Shown in pieces: positions 9,201 through 11,462 of a DNA stretch of 11,462 nt (its first letter is position 1; every line of letters starts with the position of its first letter). This stretch comes from a bacterium. GTDB taxonomy: Bacteria > Muiribacteriota > UBA6191. The notes under the pieces were generated by a model. The model was not told where the DNA came from, did no database searches, and saw only the letters and a program-made list of their open reading frames with translations. The position numbers were made by a program, and so were the translations under genes. The stretch lies in the NCBI GenBank assembly GCA_036339875.1, contig JAYZAC010000004.1, positions 1 to 11,462 of the forward strand, read 5' to 3'.

Positions 9201-11313
9201 CCTCATCATATGTGAATGTAAGAGTTACTATATCTCCTGTCTGCAAGAGATGATCTGTTTGATTAATACTTCCAATCAATGAAGAAGGCTCAACAAAGCC
9301 TGAATCTACTCCATGATTAACCGTGATCGAACTTGTGGCCGAAAGATTACCTGCTCCATCTCCAACCCTAAACTCAGCCGTTAGTGGGCCATCTGAATTT
9401 GTTGAACTAAACGCAACAATGTAGGTTGTATAAAAATGAATACCATCAGTACTAGTGAAACTTAGAGTTTCTGAGTTAAAAGTACCTATTGGTGAAAGAG
9501 GGGATGAAGGATTAGTACCAAGGTCAGTTGCTACAATTAAAAACTCAATACTATCAGACAAAATAAGAGTCTTGGTAACCGTCGTAGTAATGCTTACAGA
9601 AGAAATCGAAGGTATAATATTATCAAATCCAGATTGCACATCTTGAACTACATTATCCATTGCAGCGGGTGAAAGGTCAGTCACCTCATTGCCTGCTCGA
9701 TCTTTGATGCTACTTAACAAAATTGGGGGCACAGTGCCGTCATAAGCTGGATGTAATTCATCTACCGTGTAGGTAGCTTGATAATAATTGCCCAGAGAAC
9801 TAAGAATGTAATCGAATTGTAAATCCTGTGAATTGTAAGTGGCACTTACCTCCAGATGTGGCTCATCCGATTGCATGGATAGAATAAACGTAATTGAATC
9901 ACCGATTTTCAAAAATCCGCCACCCTGAGCATCGTTAGTGAGTAGGGAAGGCACTGGAGGACTGGTATCACTGATATAAGGACTTACTGAATGAGTCGTA
10001 AACGAATTACCTGCAGCATCACTGGCCACTAATTGGAAGCTTAAAAAATTAGGGTCAGACTGCGAATACTCATTGACCCGAAATCTAAATTGTCCAGTAG
10101 ATACGTTGGAAAAAGTAACGACAGAGTTTGAATCGAAATATATCTCCACAGAGTCCTCTACCTTGGAAAGTTCAAAATCTATCAAAATACTCGAACCTTG
10201 GCCAATGTAAGTAGTATCAGAAATCGGATCAGTGCTAAAGGAAATGGGAGTCGATAATTGGGGAAGGATCGTATCAATTTGTGCAGTTAAGCTACCACTA
10301 AATACTTGTGAATTGAACAGTTCATCACTCATCAAAATACTAAAATCAGGATTAACAACTTCTGTGGACATCATAGCCAGATTCACTGAAGTACTGAATC
10401 TTATTTGATCCGTACTAATCAAAGGGTAATCCTCAGAAAGAAAGTTTAGTACGCCAGTAGCGCCTGGTTCTATCTGATTCGACATAAATACGAATTCGAT
10501 ACTATTTGTTGAAAGCAAGTATTCTTGATTTGGAACAGAAACAGTTCGTACCCCGGTAGGAGGCGATGAATCTTGAGTTACACTAACGGATGTAGAGGAA
10601 GATAGGTTACCGGCAATATCCTGTAGTTGGAATTGAAAGAAATTTACTGAATTAGAAAGTAAATTCAGCGTAGTTGAACTAGGCAGTAATCCGTGTGAAA
10701 CACCATCAATTAATAAGGTAGATCCATTTTCACCAGATAAACCAATATTAACCTGACTAGAATTTGTATATGTGGTACTAGGAATAATTACTGGTGGTGA
10801 TGGGGCCAAAGTATCTAGAGTGAAGGATGTGCTGTAACTAGAACTATTCTGTGCTTGGTCTAACATCGTAAAATTGAAATGCCATATGCCTTGAGTTTCG
10901 TCAATTGGAAAAGCAACTGGGCTGCCACTCAGAATAATTGTGGATTCACTAGAGTCGGGCGCAGTGGCGATCAAAGTTACTGCAACGCCTGCTCCAACCG
11001 CGTAATTAAAATTGATAGCTGTAGTATTAATTAAACTCGCAAAGACCGGAGTAGTTAGAAAATAAGGAGGTATGGAGTCAAATACAATTTGTGTACTGTA
11101 GTTTGATACATTCTGAGATAAATCAAGCGCTTGTATCTCTAGAATATGAACACCTTGTACATCCTGAAAATCAAAGTTAAGTAAAGATCCAGCTTGGATA
11201 GGTGTAAATTGAGGAGGGTTCAACTGATCACTATAAAATCGATAATGTAATGACGAGAGATTTTCGTTATGAGTTAATGCAAGATTGAAGTTGGTATTAA
11301 CTAAGCTAGGCAC
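3202..11313 (-). CDS. Giant multi-domain cell-surface/secreted protein (putative adhesin): Ig-like repeats, internal FGE-sulfatase (SUMF1-like) domain, C-terminal Asp-box beta-propellers; true N-terminus probably upstream
   Basis: 2703-aa open frame, very Ser/Thr-rich and Lys/Arg-poor. Recurring DxAGN and D[TAS]xxP motifs, FGE-sulfatase motifs, Asp-boxes, TAG stop at 3202-3204. The called GTG start has no SD or signal peptide and falls inside an Ig repeat; the frame is open to 11394. Confidence 0.9.
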   Translation of the reverse strand: MPSLVNTNFNLALTHNENLSSLHYRFYSDQLNPPQFTPIQAGSLLNFDFQDVQGVHILEIQALDLSQNVSNYSTQIVFDSIPPYFLTTPVFASLINTTAINFNYAVGAGVAVTLIATAPDSSESTIILSGSPVAFPIDETQGIWHFNFTMLDQAQNSSSYSTSFTLDTLAPSPPVIIPSTTYTNSSQVNIGLSGENGSTLLIDGVSHGLLPSSTTLNLLSNSVNFFQFQLQDIAGNLSSSTSVSVTQDSSPPTGVRTVSVPNQEYLLSTNSIEFVFMSNQIEPGATGVLNFLSEDYPLISTDQIRFSTSVNLAMMSTEVVNPDFSILMSDELFNSQVFSGSLTAQIDTILPQLSTPISFSTDPISDTTYIGQGSSILIDFELSKVEDSVEIYFDSNSVVTFSNVSTGQFRFRVNEYSQSDPNFLSFQLVASDAAGNSFTTHSVSPYISDTSPPVPSLLTNDAQGGGFLKIGDSITFILSMQSDEPHLEVSATYNSQDLQFDYILSSLGNYYQATYTVDELHPAYDGTVPPILLSSIKDRAGNEVTDLSPAAMDNVVQDVQSGFDNIIPSISSVSITTTVTKTLILSDSIEFLIVATDLGTNPSSPLSPIGTFNSETLSFTSTDGIHFYTTYIVAFSSTNSDGPLTAEFRVGDGAGNLSATSSITVNHGVDSGFVEPSSLIGSINQTDHLLQTGDIVTLTFTYDEDPELNRIEGEAFGVPLTFVASVGNNWTTDFAIPDTVIITDRIELIDTIFYEVSLNQSAEYSYVVTQLSMTVTPFITDVNIDTLKPLVGQITHNITTSYLAIGDSVSFTIFPTYGDLTALTTVPPVDISSLTLNIQYNEVSFIGNYMSTIGAYSATYTVDESHMSREAPIALTGVFFTDSEGRVGPVSSLSTLSSDPGYIDFIIDSSRPVIDSVTYSFSSSSSTLKVGDKITFLVSPTQSSTDAISLTGEFNSIPITFVTTNAGSSFIGTYTVVKGHTDQLDAFNFSQLKGLQLFDEAGNQGEFFDLSLAQSLLETEVWRDPYFGMEFNRITSGTFTMGSTLSSSGAAINETAEHQVTLTKDFYIGSYEVSQGQWEAVMGGADSWPASAPESPSSTYGYSSSHPAYFISWHDVTKVDGFLDKLNQASGCDTTSLSTDTARYSPLNVPAGCYRLPTEAEWEYAARGGTTTSFSFGVNTTGDYSWYDFNSNSQSQGVGQKLSNPYGLYDMHGNVAELVYDVYSPSYTTNSVIDPIGPSTSDSQRVTRGGGWSSQANDLRSAARNSIGTNIRANDIGLRLSRVPVDPSSILPGPFSVATNFEKFIDANLPDFNSIIVSPSNTVGSPTTIGIGASIVWELPFLNPVNLTNGDDLLSVTGNFLGTTVVFAFDGGSNLYRGSYTVSDFSTPSVLVSFDQIEVIVTDSAGNTLTTSTVNMGIGIDAERPQLDSISVTSENIAMTTIGILDRLRISAVVSPSSTLGGTDPIQNIAGSLNGESLIFTGPTTTAPFIWEAFYVVQENNDPSSSGTVFVSDVYAFDIVGNQSQEYTTSLSITIDTSRPVIDLVSISSVPTTDRLKVGEIIEFEVPSGSFASDIHSITGTFNSSSFEFVLTGTSASWKATYTIIEGYPDQTDPLNYPELVLDASDEAGNSLTNSFTTDVVRLFDANTPFISSLSHNATVAGTLYTHHAYATDDTSIEFTFTLTTPDSSLSVEAYYNQTAGGSIPLEFNSNSDGSQYVGTYYVRADHNSQATPINLTTLVVSDSFGNFTTGFTNDILKKIDTQAPSLINIVSTTNLIDNTVPNSSTYLKIGDQVQFVASFTSTALISSVTAEFNSQVLSFESSTPTTWIATYTVVEGHPSPTTSIPLINLRALDVNSRISAPGSTSVTRIVDATRPVLMSLIVTSTSAVPYLSNGDFINFEFAPQLQGSSVDSGGTVSATYNGVTLYWNEDPTDSGVYTSLYTASTNHADREVPLQLSNLMFYDAAGNVMMPPAATVEAMQGVTLGIDASIPDSPVVNPQYVTTDTSSYTLSIDAEVGTSLYINSIFHSEIPVSGTTSYVASLNANSVNTYSFYLIDFANKRSPTVTSQIFADSFARQKQLTSSFSGLKTTNIGISLIQESKHDSNRFFVYGRAGFGEIAFDSEIYTDRNQGLPNTKVNAIAEHPQMASSNILLLAKDNGLYRSSDSGLNWQEIDSNIFDSRVVNDVHFSGVNPTNVWVATDVNIFKSLDTGQSFSNFNVSGPADGSDTANRNSISLLFETDTSRLYAAMESGLFYSNSSGSNWSSILTNTANILKISQPTGQPETMFIISASQFLRSTSLSSDFASSLTTVTSDTLSDGDVNAIAFGPTAGVIYMASTSGIFESTDNGGSWYKSHQATGAGFPDSNYTAISAVSNNSNRILIGSNAALHKILNVTASPYTQNDLTSIFPAKISYVSSRYSDFSTVWALTEMWIYEYNVASDNWLLRSPATPISTYTFVEPHPMKDYLFVGSETTGISTMEYNGSKSTLSLPITTSNTYVTSVAFHPSNSDFVLVGTEHHGLFHTIDGGSNFVNSSDGLGIVTVTAIAGDTSNVIVATTTGVARSSGSDWSNLSFVDSSCSVNSASQISIVSDSDGLYFVAQGDLHRAANDCSNIFNITPDFTPSVLTSLIITSSNALNHLIYIGTDQGLYRSQDGGTSFSAVDDTVKLNTHSLTLIENTNETHKILIGTDAGSYILSDIKLD
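3205..5091 (-). other. C-terminal beta-propeller region with Asp-box (BNR) repeats, VPS10/Ycf48/GH74-like fold, ~630 aa
   Basis: Repeated blades: GLYRSSDSGLNW, NIFKSLDTGQSF, GLFYSNSSGSNW, GIFESTDNGGSW, GLFHTIDGGSNF, GLYRSQDGGTSF. These are preceded by VNAIAEHP, VNAIAFGP and VTSVAFHP strands and by IYIGTDQG or VLVGTEHHG turns. Confidence 0.85.
5092..11313 (-). repeat. Array of ~17 degenerate bacterial Ig-like protein repeats: three short (~81-88 aa) units, 13 long (~100-123 aa) units at 5353-10572, one short unit at 5092-5352
   Basis: Units are delimited by D[TAS]xxP and closed by DxAGN-like turns (DLSQN, DQAQN, DIAGN, DAAGN, DRAGN, DGAGN, DEAGN, DSAGN, DIVGN, DEAGN, DSFGN, DAAGN). Long units share LK[IV]GDx[IV]xF, [AG]x[YF]N and [AG]TYTV. 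The repeats are visible at protein level only. Confidence 0.8.
7468..8250 (-). other. FGE-sulfatase (SUMF1-like, C-type lectin fold) domain, aa ~1022-1282, lacking the FGE catalytic cysteines
   Basis: Hallmark motifs in the expected order: GMEFNRITSGTFTMGS, HQVTLTKDFYIGSYEVSQGQW, HPAYFISWHD, YRLPTEAEWEYAARGG, NPYGLYDMHGNVAE, RVTRGGGW...RSAAR...IGLR. Confidence 0.95.
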
Positions 11314-11460
11314 AGTCGTTTCTAGTATCGGAGCGCTAAAATATACAAATAAAGGGTATGATTGGGTGATTCTATTTTTTAATTTGTCGAATATTTACAG
11401 CAGTAATATCTGAGTACCCACCACCAAATTAATCAAAATTATAGTATTAATTTTTACTAA
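11314..11460 (-). other. In-frame upstream continuation of the giant gene, interrupted by one TAA at 11395-11397 (nonsense mutation or edge-of-assembly error)
   Basis: The same frame reads LVKINTIILINLVVGTQILLL*IFDKLKNRITQSYPLFVYFSAPILETT into VPSLVNT. GTQILLL*IFDKLKN aligns without gaps to GVHILEIQALDLSQN 264 nt downstream. The other two minus-strand frames contain several stops here. Confidence 0.7.
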
Positions 11461-11462
11461 AG

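Noticed and set aside
3594..9646. Small ORFs inside the giant gene (3594-3809, 4108-4413, 6739-6972, 6845-7189, 7277-7552, 8157-8387, 9034-9282, 9062-9253, 9455-9646)
   Set aside because: All overlap the 2703-aa CDS on the opposite strand or in another frame, have no motifs, and are within chance expectation.
3202..11313. Many N-x-S/T sequons suggesting N-glycosylation or an archaeal S-layer protein
   Set aside because: Such sequons are expected from the Asn/Ser/Thr-rich composition. The neighbouring genes (bacterial-type PepN, LAGC lipoprotein) point to a bacterium, and enrichment cannot be shown without computation.
11395..11397. TAA-to-Gln stop-codon reassignment
   Set aside because: It is a single instance near the sequence edge, and more than 3,700 other codons in three genes read without an internal TAA. 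A point change or error is far simpler.
11398..11460. LVKINTIILINLVVGTQILLL as the signal peptide of the giant protein
   Set aside because: It is hydrophobic, but its second half aligns with the Ig repeat strand at exact 88-codon periodicity, so it is better explained as a repeat. No convincing start with an SD is visible.
1..11462. A complete DGR cassette, CRISPR array, IS element or RNA gene
   Set aside because: The window is almost fully protein-coding. I saw no RT, template repeat, nucleotide-level direct repeats or transposase motifs.

Overview
This AT-rich bacterial window holds three co-oriented minus-strand genes. (1) A giant Ser/Thr-rich surface protein of at least 2703 aa (3202-11313). 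It has about 17 divergent Ig-like repeats (DxAGN...D[TAS]xxP type), a non-catalytic FGE-sulfatase (C-type-lectin fold) domain nested inside one Ig repeat, and a C-terminal ~630-aa Asp-box beta-propeller region. Its frame appears to continue to the right edge through a single in-frame TAA (11395-11397), which sits exactly one 88-codon repeat period upstream of a CAA (Gln) codon. (2) A complete M1-family aminopeptidase N (pepN, 615-3119). (3) A lipoprotein missed by the ORF track (ATG at 576, LAGC lipobox, runs off the left edge) with an internally duplicated NTF2-like module. I saw no RNA genes, CRISPR array, transposase or reverse transcriptase. The most unusual element is the adhesin-like giant protein, whose stalk carries an inserted domain of the fold targeted by diversity-generating retroelements (DGRs). 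No DGR machinery is present in the window.
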